In this document: one piece after another, positions 61,990 through 64,000 of the stretch | Numbering within the stretch: the first letter of the stretch is position 1 | Layout: each line of letters starts with the position of its first letter | DNA from: Spirogloea muscicola | Taxonomy: Eukaryota | Assembly: GCA_009602725.1 (NCBI GenBank) | Contig: WELB01000022.1 | Span: forward strand, 18,288 to 82,287 | Direction of reading: 5' to 3' | DNA: 64,000 nt | Notes under the pieces: generated by a model | Databases searched by the model: none | What the model was told of the DNA's origin: nothing | The model's input: only the letters and a program-made list of their open reading frames with translations | Program-made: the position numbers and the translations under genes

Positions 61990-62800
61990 GCGGCTGAGGC
62001 CCTGGGAGTGGCCATGTGTCGTCGCCGTCAAAATGATGCAAGTGGAGGAGCACGGAGGTACTGAGCTGAGCTGCTGTCTCCTCTCGGCTGCCGCCATCGC
62101 CCCGCACCTGCTGAAGGGCTGCGCCACGGCCTGTCCTGCTGGAGCAGGCCCTCGAGCCGCCGCGCAGCGTCGCTCGAGCTGCGGTGCCTGCCGGCCTCCT
62201 CGCGTACCGCCTCCTGCAGCTGCTCCAGCGCCCTCCGGAGCTCCTCCGCTTCCCCCTGCGCCGGTCCGCTTGACAGGCGCTGCAAGTGAGCGGCCAGCTA
62301 CATCTTGACTTGCGCCTCCTCTTTTCCCACGCAGTCTAGTGAAAGCTGAGCCCAGAAGGCAGCAGCGGGCGCGACAGCAGCGCTGCCTGGGGTCAGGAGG
62401 CGGAAGGTCGCGCGCGGGCGCGGCAAGCGGACCTGCAGCTGGGCGCGCTCCGCCTCTCGCTCCGCCCTGGCGGCGTCCAGCTCCTTGCGCTGCCCGATGA
62501 GGCGCACTGCGCAGCACCACCGGGCCGGCCAGCCAGCTCCGCGTCGGTCCTGGCCGGCTCGGCTCAGCTCGGCCGCGGGCTGCAGCTCGGCTGGAGCTGA
62601 GCTCAGCCCGGAGCTCCGCCTCGGCCGCTCAACCAGAGCTCAGCTGCAAGCCTCGGCGCATGCGGCGGCGCGGCGGCGGCGCCGGACCTGCCAGCAGGCC
62701 GCACGAGGCCAGCAGCGCGATGGTCCCCAGCGCGTGCCGCTGCGCCGCGAGCTGCCGCCAGAGCCCCCCGCCGCCGCCGATGGCGGGGCCCGGCGCGGCC
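61990..62800 (-). CDS. Probable small membrane-anchored coiled-coil protein; ends undefined
   Basis: Spliceable pieces LWRQLAAQRHALGTIALLASCGLLA|VRLIGQRKELDAARAEREAERAQLQ|RLSSGPAQGEAEELRRALEQLQEAVREEA with GT-AG borders. No recognised family. Confidence 0.4.
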
Positions 62801-62930
62801 GTCGCCAGATCGGAAGAGACCCTCCCGAAGGAGGCGCGCTAGAGGGCCGCGCTGACGCGTGACAAGGCGCGGTGACGCTGACGCTATCCGCTGACAGGTG
62901 TCCCCTCCGCGCTGGGACATCTTCATCTCN

Positions 62931-62962
<32 letters not shown>

Positions 62963-63039
62963 TGTCGCCGCGACGTCTGGCGGGGTCGGAGGCCGCGCGC
63001 CGTCGGGCTCGCCGCTAGCGCCTCGCTGCGCCGGCCGCC

Positions 63040-64000
63040 ATGGCGACCGCCGCCGGCAAGGCAGGGGCCGAAGGTGCGCCGGCCTGCCCTCTTGCTCTCG
63101 GCCCATGCTCTCGGTCTCGGCCCCTGCGCTCGGCCGCCGCCGCCGGGCGCCACCGCCGTCTCGGCGCCTGGCGGCCGCCACGCCGTCGCGGCTCGTCGAC
63201 CATCCCCTGCCCGCCGCGCGCTCCATCTTTCCGGCGCGCAAGGCGATGCCCGCTCAGCACCCTAGGCTAGGGCGTGCTGCCGGTGGAGCTAACCGGGACG
63301 CGGCGGCGGCGACGGCGGCGGCAGGCGCCGCTGCTCGCAGTGGCCCGCTCGCTGGTCTTAGTGCCAGCGCAGAGCTGTGCGGCTCGCTCGCTGCTCACTT
63401 GTCTGTCGCCCTCTGTGCTGCGTCAGCCGACAAGGCGGCTGCGGCTGCCGAGGACCAGCGCAACGCGGCCACGCCGCCGCAGCCGGAGTCAGAAGACCAG
63501 GGCCGCGCCGCGGAGGACATCACGGAGGGCCTGCAGCAGATCAGCCTGGGGGGGCGGCCCGCCGGGGCCGTCGGCCCCGGCGGCCAGCCGCTCGACTTCT
63601 CCGCCATGTCCGGCTTGATGAATGTGAAGCCTCCACATCCCCGACCACCAGTCCGGGGCTGCGTCAGCCCTGGCCTTCTAACGGGACTCAGCTCCTCACC
63701 CTCTTGCATCCACTGAGGCAGGCTAGCTGAGGCACAGCGGCCCTTTGTGCTCAGCTCAGTCCTCTGGTTCGAGATGTCGGAGCTCTTGCAGTTGTCCACT
63801 TGTAGCTGTTCTTGTTGCGGTGCTCAGATGATAGTGGCAGCAGAGCTAGCTATTGCTAGCGGAATGCATCGACAATTACATGGCCATTGTGCTGATGCTG
63901 CAAAGCTTTCTCTGCAAATATATTTATGCAGGACCCGAGCATCAAGGAGATGGCTGAGCAGATTGCCAAGGACCCCACGTTCACACAGATGGCACAGTCC
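63040..64000 (+). CDS. AKR2: Ankyrin repeat-containing protein 2 (AKR2-like), 5' part; runs off the window
   Basis: MATAAGKAGAE|..PLDFSAMSGLMN|DPSIKEMAEQIAKDPTFTQMAQS matches the conserved AKR2 N-terminal motif. Confidence 0.85.

Overview
Eukaryotic nuclear DNA from a green-plant-lineage genome. The plant-type genes, many short GT-AG introns and very GC-rich first exons fit a streptophyte alga such as a zygnematophyte; that assignment is inference only. About 12 intron-containing genes: bHLH (IVa-like), organellar alkaline/neutral invertase, DNA polymerase eta, MOSC protein, callose synthase, LSF2, UPL6 HECT ligase, SAM-domain protein, TRB, QALGGH C2H2 zinc finger, a weakly supported coiled-coil gene and the AKR2 5' end. 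There are also two truncated genes (AFC/LAMMER kinase, WRKY) and a ~2.4-kb decayed mitochondrial insertion (cox1, tatC-like, 5 tRNAs). Nearly every intergenic island is packed with 3' fragments of restriction-like-endonuclease (CRE-like) non-LTR retrotransposons whose ORFs end in ...TRGY*. The most unusual signal is a ~50-60 bp unit carrying a conserved hairpin, GGGCTGGC(Y/W)4(A)CAGCC. It occurs about 40 times by eye, is part of the 3' end of some of these retroelements, inserts alone with a 39-bp target duplication, and forms a repeat/variable-spacer array with a ~51-bp period. Exon boundaries are read by eye, and single-N joins limit some conclusions.
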